A program made the translations under genes and the position numbers. A stretch of DNA of 64,000 bases from Pseudomonadales bacterium (GTDB taxonomy: Bacteria > Pseudomonadota > Gammaproteobacteria > Pseudomonadales > Azotimanducaceae), in contig JAVJUA010000056.1 of NCBI GenBank assembly GCA_040219935.1, positions 14,611 through 78,610 of the forward strand, written 5' to 3'. The notes beneath the pieces are model-generated. The model was not told the DNA's origin, did no database searches, and saw only the letters and a list, made by a program, of their open reading frames with translations. Positions 48,206 to 58,136 of the stretch are shown in pieces. Each line of letters opens with the position of its first letter. The stretch's first letter is position 1.

Positions 48206-49096
48206 TCAGCGCAGCAGCAGCGGCTCCAGCCGCGCCCGCCGCTCCGCAGAGATAGGCACGGCGCGGCGGGTGCTGAGATCCATGGCCACGCCCACCGCGT
48301 CTGCGCTGGCCGCGAAGGCGTCGCGTACGTGGTCGTAGATGAGGTGTGACATGTGCTGGGTCTTGTTGCCCAGGCTGCGCACGCCCGAGAGCTGAGTGTA
48401 GATGCTGCCCCGCATGAGGGGTCGGTGCATCACCAGCCGCTGCTCCAGTGCCGCGCCGCCGAGCGCGCCGGTGGCCCGGGCGGCCCGTTCGGCGTCGGCG
48501 TTCATGAATGCCCACAGGTTCGGCATGCCGTCCGAGATGCGGCCGATGTAGCCGTGGGGCAGCACGTGGTCCGAGGCATCGCACTCATCCGCGCCGATCA
48601 CCCCGCGGCCGACGATCTGGTAGCCTGCCTGCAGTGCCGCCGTCAGGCCGTCCGGCGGCAGCGGCATGGCGTCGGGAACGATGCCCCGGGGTTCGGCGAA
48701 ATCGGGCACCGCGACCAGAGCCTGTTCCGGCGGCAGGGTGGGCTCGGCGCGCTGCAGCGTCAGAACGAAGGCGGCCAGCACATCGCCGCTGATGTTCTGA
48801 TGCACCAGGGCGAGCAGCGTACCGTCGCCGTCGACCACGCCACAGTCGACGCGCAGCGGCGTCGCCGAGCGCGCCTCGGCAAGAAAGCGGATGTGCATCG
48901 CGGCCACCCGGTCCGCCAGGCCCTGGGCCGGGTGTCCTGGTCGCGCCAGAAAGATCTGCACGGCCTGCTGCACCTTGTGCGCGTAGTAACGCACGTTGAG
49001 GTGGTCGTTCTCGTCACACTCCCACTGGTTGACGCTGCCCCAGAAACACGGGGTCATCCCGGGCCGCTGCCCGGGGCAATTGGGCTGATCGAACAC
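48206..49096 (-). CDS. Thioesterase-like (double hotdog fold) protein
   Basis: 3' part of ORF 48206..49315. GTG 49096 lies 5 nt after GAGGAG; ATG 49057 is an alternative. Two halves each carry a hotdog-like D..GH/DH.N..Y motif (WECDENDHLNVRYY, ECDASDHVLPHGY). Confidence 0.7.
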   Translation of the reverse strand: MFDQPNCPGQRPGMTPCFWGSVNQWECDENDHLNVRYYAHKVQQAVQIFLARPGHPAQGLADRVAAMHIRFLAEARSATPLRVDCGVVDGDGTLLALVHQNISGDVLAAFVLTLQRAEPTLPPEQALVAVPDFAEPRGIVPDAMPLPPDGLTAALQAGYQIVGRGVIGADECDASDHVLPHGYIGRISDGMPNLWAFMNADAERAARATGALGGAALEQRLVMHRPLMRGSIYTQLSGVRSLGNKTQHMSHLIYDHVRDAFAASADAVGVAMDLSTRRAVPISAERRARLEPLLLR

Positions 49097-49116
49097 GGAT
49101 ACTCCTCGGCGCGATG

Positions 49117-49542
49117 CTACTCGGCGACGGTCTCCCCGGAACCACCGAGCTCGGCGGGGAAGTCCTTCATCTTCGGCAAGCCGTCGCGCATGGGCAGCAC
49201 CGTCTCTGCGTAGTTGACGTGCAGCGCCGGCTGGAACTTCAACCCCGGCAGGGTCGCCGCGTAGACGTCGGTGAGGCCGAACGTCGGATGCCGGGTCATC
49301 AGGTGTCCGCCGCATCGCTCGCAGTACTGCCGCTCGCTGGTCGGGTTCTTGGTGAAGGTCTTCAGGTGCTCTTCACCACGCACCACGCGCACGGCGTCCG
49401 GCTTCCACAGCGTGAACGCGTTCACCGGCCCCGCCGACCACGATCGGCACGAAGCGCAGTGGCAGTAGCCCATGGCTTCCGGCTCGCCGTTCACCTCTAT
49501 GCCGATGGCGCCGCAGAAGCATTGTCCCTGGTAGCTGGTCAT
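49117..49542 (-). CDS. GFA family protein (glutathione-dependent formaldehyde-activating enzyme / CENP-V-like)
   Basis: 141-aa ORF with the Zn-Cys pattern CFCGAI...CHCASC...CERCG. Confidence 0.85.
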   Translation of the reverse strand: MTSYQGQCFCGAIGIEVNGEPEAMGYCHCASCRSWSAGPVNAFTLWKPDAVRVVRGEEHLKTFTKNPTSERQYCERCGGHLMTRHPTFGLTDVYAATLPGLKFQPALHVNYAETVLPMRDGLPKMKDFPAELGGSGETVAE

Positions 49543-50804
49543 GATGGCGTTTCTCCGTTGGTCGCGGCGATCCTGACCGCCTCCAGCACATCCGGGTCAG
49601 GATGACCGTCGGCGATCAGATTACGACTGCGTTGAAACTGACTCAAGGCGGCTCGGGTCGCCGGGCCGAAGATGCCGTCTGCAGGACCCACCTCATAGCC
49701 GAGGGTGGCGAGATGGCGCTGCAGCGCCTCGACGTCGTCCCGGGCGAGCCGGGCAGCATCGGCCGGTGGCGGCTGTTGCAGCGGCGCGGCCCCGGCGATC
49801 TCGTCGGCCAGCCGGCCCACCGACAGGGCATAGAACTCCGAGCGGTTCCAGCCCATGATCACGTCGAAGTTGCGGTAGACGAGAAATGCCGGGCCGCGAT
49901 GGCCGGAAGGCACCAGCAGGGCGGCCGGCACCTCCGCCCGCGGCAGCGGCCGGCCGTAGGCGTCGGTGACGCCGATGTCGACCCACTCGTGGAGTGGCCG
50001 GCGCTGATCGCGGCCGGCCAGCGCATAGTCGAAGCCGTCCGGCAGCCGCACCTCGCGTCCCCAGCGCATGCCCGGCTGCCAGCCCAGGTCGGTGAGAAAG
50101 CGGGCGGCCGAGGTCATGGCGTCGGGCACGCTCCCCCACAGGTCACGCCTGCCGTCGCCGTCGGCGTCCAGGGCGTAGCGCAGAAAGATGGAGGGCATGA
50201 ACTGCACGTGTCCCATGGCGCCCGCCCACGAGCCCACCATGTTGCCGACGGCCACGTCGCCGGCGTCGATGATCTCCAGGGCCGCCATCAGTTCCTCGGT
50301 GAAGAACCGGCTGCGCCGGGGATCGCAGGCCAGCGTGGCCAGGGAGTCGGGTACGGCGGTATTGCCGAAGTAGCTGCCGAAGTTGGTCTCGAGCCCCCAG
50401 AATGCCGCCAGATAGTGGGCTGGCACGCCGTACTCGTTCTGCACGCGGTCGAACAGCGGGCGGTGTGCCGCGAGCAGGTCACGGCCGCGCCGGACGCGCT
50501 CCGTCGTCACCCGGCGGTTGTAGTACTCCGTGAAAGGCTGGGTGAACTCCGGTTGCCGCCGGTCGAGCTCGATGACGCTCTCGAGATACCGAACCGTCCC
50601 CAGCACCTCGTCCACCACCCGGGGCGAGATGCCACGGTCGCGTGCCGTGCCCTGCAGCGCGGCCACACAGCCCGAGAAGTCCTCCGGAGAGAGCATTGCC
50701 GGCTCGGCAGACTGAACGGAACCAGCCGCCAGCAGTGCGGCCAGCATCCAGGGGCGGGTCATTCGGACGAGCCGTCGCCGCGGCTTCTGATGTGTGCGGA
50801 TCAT
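49539..50804 (-). CDS. Lytic murein transglycosylase (MltB family) with C-terminal peptidoglycan-binding domain
   Basis: Motifs FWGLETNFG and GHVQFMP, plus a PG_binding_1-like tail (LQRHLATLGYEVGPADGIFGPATRAAL). Start is ATG 50804 or 50762. The stop overlaps the GFA start (ATGA). Confidence 0.88.
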   Translation of the reverse strand: MIRTHQKPRRRLVRMTRPWMLAALLAAGSVQSAEPAMLSPEDFSGCVAALQGTARDRGISPRVVDEVLGTVRYLESVIELDRRQPEFTQPFTEYYNRRVTTERVRRGRDLLAAHRPLFDRVQNEYGVPAHYLAAFWGLETNFGSYFGNTAVPDSLATLACDPRRSRFFTEELMAALEIIDAGDVAVGNMVGSWAGAMGHVQFMPSIFLRYALDADGDGRRDLWGSVPDAMTSAARFLTDLGWQPGMRWGREVRLPDGFDYALAGRDQRRPLHEWVDIGVTDAYGRPLPRAEVPAALLVPSGHRGPAFLVYRNFDVIMGWNRSEFYALSVGRLADEIAGAAPLQQPPPADAARLARDDVEALQRHLATLGYEVGPADGIFGPATRAALSQFQRSRNLIADGHPDPDVLEAVRIAATNGETPS

Positions 50805-50894
50805 GACGGCACTGTGCCACGACGGGGCGCCGCCGAGAAGGCGCTGATCGTCCGGTTGACCTAAACTTGCCAAACCGGATTGGGATTTTCCTGG

Positions 50895-53330
50895 ATGCTG
50901 TCGCGCGCCCGGCTACCAGACTTCGAACCGCTGACCAACTATCGGATCATCGCCGTGCTGGGCATGCTGTCCCTGCTGGCAGCCGGTACGGTCAACCCGA
51001 GTCCCGATCCGGCGGTGGCCACGGCCCGATTCGTGACCGTGGCTGCCATGGCCATGATGCTCGGCGCCAGCTTCCTCTGGGCGAGCGTCAGACGCCACGT
51101 CGGCTGGTACGCGCTGCTGGTCAACACGCTGGTGGTCGTCTACCTCTGTACCATGCTCTACACCACGCGGGTGGACGCGGAGAGCCTGCTGGCCAGCCTG
51201 GTCGGGGTGCTGATCTGCGGGATGGTCATGCATCGGGTCGTGCTGGTGGTGCTGTTCATGACGATGGCCTGCGCCCTGCACGTGGTGACGGGTCATCTGG
51301 TCACCGACCCGATCATCTCGCCTCTGGCGCTGACCATCAATCTGGTGCTCTTCAGCGTGTTCGTGGGCGCCTTGCTGTGCCTGCAGATCGTGGCCCGGGA
51401 GCGGCGACGCAACACCGAAACCATCATGGGCGCCATCTTCGATCAGTCGTCTGACGCGCTCATCTACGGAGACCCCGCCGCAGCCGAGGTAGGGCGGGCC
51501 AATCGGCGCGCCGAGGCGCTGTTCGGTTCGACCGACCGCAACCACGTCGGCCGCCTGGTCTGGCGAGCGTTTCGCGAGCACCATGCCGGCGAGGATCTGC
51601 CGGCGTTGCTGACCAAGGCAACGGCCGACCCCGACTTCAGCGAGGTGATCGAGTTCGAAACGGCCGACGGCCGACGCTTCTGGGGCGATCTGGCTCTGCG
51701 TCGGGTTCGGCTGGCGAATGCCAACCTGATCATGGCCCGGGTCACCGACATGACCGAGCACATGGCCCGGGAGACGGCGCTGCAGAGGGCGAAGGAGGCC
51801 GCGGAAGCCGCAGCTCAGACCCGCACTCAGTTCCTGGCGAACATGAGCCATGAGATCCGGACGCCGATGAACGGCGTCATCGGCATGACTTCGCTGCTGC
51901 TGAAGACCCCGCTCGACGACGAGCAGCGCCGTTACGTAGAGGTGGTTCGCAACAGCGGCGAAAGCCTGCTGGCCATCATCAACCAGATTCTCGACTTCTC
52001 CAAGATCGAAGCGCAGCAGCTGCGGCTGGAGCACCGCCGTTTCGATATCGAAGATGTCTGCATGCAGGCGTTGCAGCTGGTGAGCCCGCAGGCGTCGGCC
52101 GGTGGCCTCGAGCTGGTGCTTCGCATGCTGCCCGGCCAGCACCGCTTCTTCGTCGGCGATGCGCAGCGCCTCAGGCAGGTGCTGGTCAACCTGCTCGCCA
52201 ACGCGGTCAAGTTCACCGACCATGGTGAGGTGGTGCTGGCCGTCGACGTGGTGCCGGTCAGCGAGGGCCGCAGCGAGATTCACATGCAGGTGAGCGATAC
52301 CGGCATCGGCATCGAGCCGGACGCGGCGGCGCGTCTGTTTCAGCCATTCGTGCAGGCGGATGCGTCGACCACCCGTCAGTACGGTGGCACCGGCCTCGGC
52401 CTGTCGATCTCCAAGAATCTCGTGGAGCTGATGGGCGGAACCATCTCGATGCACAGCGAGCCAGGCACAGGCAGCGTCTTCAGCTTCTTCGTCGACGTGG
52501 AGATGGCACCGGCCCGCGCGTCGGTGGAGGGCGTGTCCCTGGCCGGTCGCCGTGCGGCGGTGCTGCAGAGCAGCCTCACGGCCGGGGAGACCCTGGGCGC
52601 GATGCTGCGCGCGGTGGGCATGGACGTGCAGGTGTTCACCTCGCGGGAGCAACTGCTGGCCGCGTGGCATGAGTCCTACTGGGAGGTGACGCTGGCCGAT
52701 CTGGAGCTCGGCGACGAGCAGGGCGCCGCCGTCGTCGATCGCCTCGGGGCCGCAGCCGGCGAGGCGCCGCCGACGGTGCTGCTGGCACCGCTGGATTCCC
52801 GGCAGACGGTGGACGATCGCATCGCCCGGATCGTCCGCAAGCCGGTGCGTCCGAGCCACCTGCTGGAGACGGTGGAAATTGCGCTCGGCATCGAGCCGCC
52901 GGGACACGTCGACGAGCACAGGGACGCCGCCTCACGCCCGGACTTCAGCGATCTGTCGGTGCTGGTCGCCGAAGACAATCCCGTCAACCAGCAGGTGGTG
53001 CGACGCATGCTCGAGCGGATGGGCATATCTCCACGGCTGGTGGGCGACGGCCGGGAAGCGGTCGAAGCGGCGATGTCCGGTGACTACCAGCTCATTCTCA
53101 TGGATCTGCAGATGCCACGGCTCGATGGTCTGGAGGCAACGCGTGCCATTCGCGCGCAGATCGGCCCGGACGCGTACATTGCCGCCATGACCGCCAACGC
53201 TCTGGATGCGGACCGCGAGGCCTGCATGGCTGCCGGCATGGACGACTTCATCGGCAAGCCGATGCGCATCGACGATCTCGAGCAGCGGGTGCGGGCGGCT
53301 GCCGCCCGTCGCCACGCCCGCCGGGCATGA
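50895..53330 (+). CDS. Hybrid sensor histidine kinase/response regulator
   Basis: Multi-TM N-terminus, PAS-like segment, HisKA ([16 protein letters not shown]), HATPase_c (GGTGLGLSI), a degenerate receiver-like segment, then a canonical REC ([11 protein letters not shown]...[12 protein letters not shown]...KP). Confidence 0.9.
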   Translation: MLSRARLPDFEPLTNYRIIAVLGMLSLLAAGTVNPSPDPAVATARFVTVAAMAMMLGASFLWASVRRHVGWYALLVNTLVVVYLCTMLYTTRVDAESLLASLVGVLICGMVMHRVVLVVLFMTMACALHVVTGHLVTDPIISPLALTINLVLFSVFVGALLCLQIVARERRRNTETIMGAIFDQSSDALIYGDPAAAEVGRANRRAEALFGSTDRNHVGRLVWRAFREHHAGEDLPALLTKATADPDFSEVIEFETADGRRFWGDLALRRVRLANANLIMARVTDMTEHMARETALQRAKEAAEAAAQTRTQFLANMSHEIRTPMNGVIGMTSLLLKTPLDDEQRRYVEVVRNSGESLLAIINQILDFSKIEAQQLRLEHRRFDIEDVCMQALQLVSPQASAGGLELVLRMLPGQHRFFVGDAQRLRQVLVNLLANAVKFTDHGEVVLAVDVVPVSEGRSEIHMQVSDTGIGIEPDAAARLFQPFVQADASTTRQYGGTGLGLSISKNLVELMGGTISMHSEPGTGSVFSFFVDVEMAPARASVEGVSLAGRRAAVLQSSLTAGETLGAMLRAVGMDVQVFTSREQLLAAWHESYWEVTLADLELGDEQGAAVVDRLGAAAGEAPPTVLLAPLDSRQTVDDRIARIVRKPVRPSHLLETVEIALGIEPPGHVDEHRDAASRPDFSDLSVLVAEDNPVNQQVVRRMLERMGISPRLVGDGREAVEAAMSGDYQLILMDLQMPRLDGLEATRAIRAQIGPDAYIAAMTANALDADREACMAAGMDDFIGKPMRIDDLEQRVRAAAARRHARRA

Positions 53331-53374
53331 GCCCCCGCAACGCTTCCTAGGCCTGCTGTCCGAAGCGGCCCCGG

Positions 53375-54559
53375 CTACAGCTCAGCCAGGAATTCGCCGA
53401 TGACGCTGCTGGCCTCAGCGAGATGGGCCCGGCCATCCGGGCCCGTGTAGTAGTGCGTCGCTCCCTTGACCATGTGCAGCCGCTTGCGGTCGTGGGCAAC
53501 GGCTTCGTAGAGGCGCGTCGTGTGATTCGGTGTGCAGGCATCGTCCGCGGTGTTGCCGACCACCAGCACCGGCACGCTGATTCTGCGTCCGGACGTGATC
53601 GCGTCGCAGCGGGCGTCGTCGATACTCCATTGGCTGAGCCAGCTACGCAGGGTGCAGAACCGGGCCAGGCCCACCGGGCCATCATTGACGGCCCGCGGAT
53701 CGCCCAGGTAGCAGGTACCCGGCTCACGGTCGCTGGGCTCGATGCTCGGGTCGAGCCATCGGGGATCGGCCATGGTGCCGTGGACCGTGAACGCGAACTC
53801 CCCCCAGGGGCTGTCGGATGCGCGGATGGCGGCGAGCTTGTCCTTGACCCAGACGGTGATGCGCCGGTTGCGGGCGAGCTGTGCGTCGGCGAAGGCGGCC
53901 AGGAATTCGGCCGAGTAGGGCGGCTGGTTCGGGTTGTCCGGGTCATAGAGGTTCAGGTCGCGGTCGCGAACGGCCGGCTGCGCCTCGTCCTTGATGGAAG
54001 GGTCGAGCCATTCCGTGAAGATGCGGTGCCGACTCACGTGTGCGGCCAGCATCATGATGCCGGCCGCCGGCGGCATGTGCTTGGCCTCGACCCGGTACGG
54101 ATCCCCGGCCGCCGTCTCGGCGATGCCGTTCCCGGCCTCCGCCAGGGCCTGGTACCACATCGCCAGTGATCCGCCGCCGGACCATCCGGCCAGGACGATG
54201 CGGGCGTAGCCCAGCCGGTCACGGGCATCGCAGATGGCCTGGCCCAGATCGCAGGCCACCTTCTCCATGATCAGTGCGTAGTCGGCGCCCCGGTACCGTG
54301 AGTTGGCCCAGAGTACGTGGTGACCGGCGCGGGCAAGCTCCCTGACCATGGGCAGGTACATGCCGCCACCAACCGGATGCATGAACACGATGAGCGTATC
54401 GGAGGGTCGGTCGGTCGGCCTGACCAGGTGGCAATCAAGCCCGATCAGCGAGCCGCCGCCGCCGTAGACGTCACTGTAGGTGGCCTGTTCCTGGAACCCA
54501 ACGGCATAGGCGATGCGCTCGCACCCTGCGGGGGTTCCCGGAATCGCTGCTGTCGTCAT
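53375..54559 (-). CDS. Alpha/beta hydrolase
   Basis: 394-aa ORF with nucleophile elbow GWSGGG and late His (GATHYY). Confidence 0.8.
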   Translation of the reverse strand: MTTAAIPGTPAGCERIAYAVGFQEQATYSDVYGGGGSLIGLDCHLVRPTDRPSDTLIVFMHPVGGGMYLPMVRELARAGHHVLWANSRYRGADYALIMEKVACDLGQAICDARDRLGYARIVLAGWSGGGSLAMWYQALAEAGNGIAETAAGDPYRVEAKHMPPAAGIMMLAAHVSRHRIFTEWLDPSIKDEAQPAVRDRDLNLYDPDNPNQPPYSAEFLAAFADAQLARNRRITVWVKDKLAAIRASDSPWGEFAFTVHGTMADPRWLDPSIEPSDREPGTCYLGDPRAVNDGPVGLARFCTLRSWLSQWSIDDARCDAITSGRRISVPVLVVGNTADDACTPNHTTRLYEAVAHDRKRLHMVKGATHYYTGPDGRAHLAEASSVIGEFLAEL

Positions 54560-54674
54560 GGTGCCGAGGCCGTGTGTGGGAGGAAGTCAGACGAACACGA
54601 CGGGTTCTTGAAAACGAATGAGCTACCCGACACATAGGTAACAGTCCATTCCGGAGACATGGGTTACACAATCA

Positions 54675-54699
54675 GGCATTTGGGGGAACCCCAAATGCC
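54675..54699 (+). promoter_or_regulatory. Perfect 11-bp hairpin sequestering the transposase RBS and start codon
   Basis: ggcatttgggg-gaa-ccccaaatgcc. ATG 54695 lies in the 3' arm, and the GGGGGA Shine-Dalgarno lies in the 5' arm and loop. Confidence 0.45.
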
Positions 54700-55879
54700 G
54701 TGGCAGGAGTGTAACCGCATGGATGAGCGTGTTCGGTTCGTGGCTCGGCTGTTGGAAGGAGAGAAGATGGCGGCGGTCTGCCGCGAGTTCGGGATCTCCC
54801 GCAAGACTGGGCACAAAATATTCAATCGATACAAAGACTTGGGTCTGGAAGGGCTTCAGGATCGAAGCCGCCGGCCGTACCGGCATGCCAATCAACTCCC
54901 GTTCCAGGTAGAGCGCTCCATTCTCGCGATCAAGCGCGAGCACCCAACCTGGGGTGCGCCGAAGATCCGGGAGAAGCTGATCCGTCAGTATCCCGTCAAG
55001 CCGCCCGCCACCAGCACGGTGCATGCGGTGCTGGATCGGCACGGGCTGGTAAAACGCCGCAAACGGCGCCGCTACAAGGCTCGCGGAACGACGCTCAGTG
55101 ATGCGCAAGTGCCCAATGGCCTGTGGTGTGCCGACTACAAGGGCGAGTTCCAGCTGGGTAACCGCAAGTACTGCTATCCGCTGACGATCTCAGACTACCG
55201 GACCCGCTATCTGCTGGCCTGTGAAGGACTCGAGTCCACAAGGGAGCCCTTTGCCTTCGCCATCTTCGAGCGCACCTTCAAGGACTATGGTCTGCCGAAC
55301 GCGATCCGCACGGACAATGGACTGCCGTTCGCCTCGCCCAACGCGCTGTTCGGCCTGAGCAAACTCTCCGTCTGGTGGTTGCGTCTGGGCATCGGCATCG
55401 AGCGCATCAAACCGGGCAATCCTCAGCAGAACGGGCGACACGAGCGCATGCACCTGACACTGAAAAAGGAGACCACCAAGCCCGCTGCCTACAACTTCTT
55501 GCAGCAGCAGGCGCGCTTCGACGACTTCATCGACGAGTACAACACCGAACGCCCACACCAGGCGCTGGGGATGAAGTATCCGGCCGAGCTCTACACACCC
55601 TCAGCACGAGAATACCGAGAGCCTGATGAGCCTGAGTATCCTTACCACGACCGCACCGTGCGCATCACGAACTGCGGGCGCATCTGTATCGGCAAGCGTA
55701 AGATCAATCTGAGCCGGGTCTTCGCCGGCGAAACCGTCGGAATCCGCGAGGTCAGCGACCAGATCTGGCTGGTCAGCTTCTTGGACTACGACCTGGGCTT
55801 CTTCGACAAGGAGGAGAATCGGGTCGAACCGGCGGACAACCCCTTCATACCGAAAGTGTTACCCATGTCTTCGGTATGA
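54695..55879 (+). CDS. IS481-family transposase (HTH + DDE/rve integrase core)
   Basis: N-terminal HTH (MAAVCREFGISRKTGHKIFNRY) and DDE residues in WCADYKG, IRTDNGLPF and NGRHERMH. The start may be ATG 54695 or 54659. Confidence 0.88.
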   Translation: MPWQECNRMDERVRFVARLLEGEKMAAVCREFGISRKTGHKIFNRYKDLGLEGLQDRSRRPYRHANQLPFQVERSILAIKREHPTWGAPKIREKLIRQYPVKPPATSTVHAVLDRHGLVKRRKRRRYKARGTTLSDAQVPNGLWCADYKGEFQLGNRKYCYPLTISDYRTRYLLACEGLESTREPFAFAIFERTFKDYGLPNAIRTDNGLPFASPNALFGLSKLSVWWLRLGIGIERIKPGNPQQNGRHERMHLTLKKETTKPAAYNFLQQQARFDDFIDEYNTERPHQALGMKYPAELYTPSAREYREPDEPEYPYHDRTVRITNCGRICIGKRKINLSRVFAGETVGIREVSDQIWLVSFLDYDLGFFDKEENRVEPADNPFIPKVLPMSSV

Positions 55880-55917
55880 AGTGTCACCCATGTAACCGGA
55901 ACGGACCCGAAGGGAAA

Positions 55918-55995
<78 letters not shown>

Positions 55996-56036
55996 GAGGC
56001 GGGGATCATACTTGAACGATCCCGGGGCGTAACGGG

Positions 56037-56080
56037 CAGCGCCTGCGGGCCGGGTCCGAGGACCCGGTCCGCAGGCGCTG
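56037..56080 (-). terminator. 21-bp-stem GC-rich hairpin 10 nt downstream of the OmpA-like gene
   Basis: cagcgcctgcgggccgggtcc-ga-ggacccggtccgcaggcgctg (one G-U pair). Confidence 0.55.
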
Positions 56081-56089
56081 GATCGACGA

Positions 56090-57223
56090 TCAGCTTCCGG
56101 TCGTGGTGCCAGACACCACCACCGTCACCCGCCGGTTCTGCTGGCGGCCGGCCTCGGTGTCGTTGCTGGCGATCGGGCGCGACTCGCCGTAGCCGCGGGA
56201 AGTGAGGCGGTCGCGGGCGATGCCCGAGTTCACCAGCGCTTCCAGCACCGCAGCGGCGCGACGCTCGGAGAGGTTCTGGTTGTACGCATCGGTGCCGCGG
56301 CTGTCGGTGTGCCCTTCGATGACGGCACTGCTGGTCGGGTATTCCCGCAGGAACTTCAGCAGCTCGAGCATCTCCTGGAACGCCACGCCGGTGATTTCGG
56401 CGGAGTCGAAGCCGAACTCCACGGTCAGGTTGAACGATACGGGCTCCGCGAGCTTGACCTCGCAGCCGCGCTCGTCAACCCGGGCACCTGCGGGGGTGTT
56501 CGGGCAGTCGTCGCGGAAGTCGGGCACGCCGTCGCCGTCGCTGTCGAGGGGGCATCCGCTCGCATCGACCGCCACGCCGGCCGGGGTGCCGGGGCAGCGG
56601 TCGGTGCCGTCGGGCACGCCGTCGCCGTCGGAATCCCGCGGCGCTGCAGGCGCCACCGGCGCGGGCGCCGGCGCCGCGGCCGGGCTGCCGAGCAGCAGGC
56701 TCAACCCCGTGGTCACCATCGGCGAAAACGAAGAAACGTCCTCATGGTAGACGCCGCGGACGTCGAATCGGAACTGCAGCCGTTCGCTCAGGCTGCTGAA
56801 GAAGCCCAGGCCGACGTTGTAGAGATTTTCCCGCTCCTTGTCCTGCAGGCCGTCATAGCGGAATTCGGCGCGCCCGGCACCAAAGGTGACGTAGGGCTGC
56901 CAATGCTCCCCCTGGCCGATGTTGCGGATCATGTTGATGGACCAGTAGTCCATGTCGTCGGCGCCGCGTACGCCGCCAACCTCGTAGCTGGGGTTGAGGC
57001 CGAAATACAGCGCTTCCACCGACCATTCATCGTGGAACGCCCAGCCGAGGCCGCCGCCGACGCCGCCGTCGCCGCTGGTCAGGTCGAGATCTGAGGGATC
57101 TTTGTAGTAGGCCCCCAGCAGAGAGATGAAGAACTGGTCCTTCTCGGGGCCAGCCGCCGCGGCGGCCTGGCCAGAGAAGCCCAGCAGCAAGGCCGTCCAG
57201 GCCAGCCACGTTAGTCGTCGCAT
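56090..57223 (-). CDS. OmpA family outer-membrane protein with thrombospondin type-3 (Ca-binding) repeats
   Basis: Signal peptide, beta-barrel N-domain, repeats DSDGDGVPDGTDRCPGTP / DSDGDGVPDFRDDCPNTP, and a C-terminal OmpA domain (GHTDSRGTDAYNQNLSERRA). Confidence 0.9.
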   Translation of the reverse strand: MRRLTWLAWTALLLGFSGQAAAAAGPEKDQFFISLLGAYYKDPSDLDLTSGDGGVGGGLGWAFHDEWSVEALYFGLNPSYEVGGVRGADDMDYWSINMIRNIGQGEHWQPYVTFGAGRAEFRYDGLQDKERENLYNVGLGFFSSLSERLQFRFDVRGVYHEDVSSFSPMVTTGLSLLLGSPAAAPAPAPVAPAAPRDSDGDGVPDGTDRCPGTPAGVAVDASGCPLDSDGDGVPDFRDDCPNTPAGARVDERGCEVKLAEPVSFNLTVEFGFDSAEITGVAFQEMLELLKFLREYPTSSAVIEGHTDSRGTDAYNQNLSERRAAAVLEALVNSGIARDRLTSRGYGESRPIASNDTEAGRQQNRRVTVVVSGTTTGS

Positions 57224-57251
57224 AATCGGTTCCTTCCTATGGTGGTCGTTG

Positions 57252-58064
57252 CTACCGGCCCTTGAACGCCGGTTTTCGTTTTTCCATGAACGAGGCCATG
57301 CCTTCCTTGAAGTCCTCTGACTGGAACAGCGGCAGCAGTTGCAGGAACACGTGATGGACGTGGTCGTTGAACGTCTCGTTCATGCCCATGCGCATCATTC
57401 GCTTGGATGCCTGAACTGCCAGTGGGGCATTCCCCGCGATCTCCCGGCCGAGCGCCTGGGCCGCGGCCAGGGTTTCGTCGGCGGGCAGCACCCGCGAGAC
57501 GAGGCCGAGCCGTTCGCACTCGTCGGCCAGCAGCGTGCGGCCGGTGAAGATGATCTCGGCCGCCTTGGACCAGCCGAGAAGGCGCGGCAGTATCCACGTG
57601 CCGCCCGACTCTGGCAATACCCCACGGGCGGTGAACGCCGCCGCGAGCTTGGCGTTGTCGGCCATGACCCGGATGTCGCAGCCCAGCGCCAGATCCATGC
57701 CGTAGCCGGCGGCAGAGCCGTTCAGGGCACAGATGGTCGGCGTGTCGAGGTTGTGCAGTACCGTGGGCGGCGTGTTGCGAAGATCGAGATTGCTGGGGGA
57801 GGAATTCTGGTTCGACAGGCCGCTGGATATGCCGCCGCCCCGCAGGTCGAGCCCGGCGCAGAAGAACCGCCCGCTGCCGGTGATCACCATGGCGCGCACG
57901 TCAGGGTCGGCGTTGGCTTCGAGCAGGCGCTTGCTGAGGGCGTCCAGCATCGGGCCGGAAATGGTGTTCTGGCGGTCCGGGCGGTTGATCGTGATGGTCG
58001 CGACGTGATCGGCCACCTCGTAGAGCACGTCGTTGTCGTTGTCTTGTTTCGGAGCGGTTGCCAT
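57252..58064 (-). CDS. Enoyl-CoA hydratase/isomerase family protein
   Basis: 270-aa ORF with crotonase motifs (ITGSGRFFCAGLD, NGSAAGYGMDLAL). Confidence 0.9.
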   Translation of the reverse strand: MATAPKQDNDNDVLYEVADHVATITINRPDRQNTISGPMLDALSKRLLEANADPDVRAMVITGSGRFFCAGLDLRGGGISSGLSNQNSSPSNLDLRNTPPTVLHNLDTPTICALNGSAAGYGMDLALGCDIRVMADNAKLAAAFTARGVLPESGGTWILPRLLGWSKAAEIIFTGRTLLADECERLGLVSRVLPADETLAAAQALGREIAGNAPLAVQASKRMMRMGMNETFNDHVHHVFLQLLPLFQSEDFKEGMASFMEKRKPAFKGR

Positions 58065-58136
58065 GGGTTTCTCCCGAGGTTCGTGAAGGGACGTTAAGGG
58101 TTTGCCGGGATGCGGACAAGCCGCGGCCGGATCTTG

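Larger units (their letters stand above)
54644..55906 (+). mobile_element. IS481-family insertion sequence (1263 bp)
   Basis: 26-bp terminal inverted repeats match at 22/26: gtccattccggagacatgggttacac (54644-54669) against the reverse complement of gtgtcacccatgtaaccggaacggac (55881-55906). They enclose a single rve-type transposase gene. G+C is lower than in the flanks. Confidence 0.8.

Noticed and set aside
54630-55915. Target-site duplication flanking the IS element
   Set aside because: The flanks (..ggtaaca | ccgaagg..) share no direct repeat of 3 bp or more at the called ends. The acccga words at 54625 and 55905 are not positioned symmetrically.
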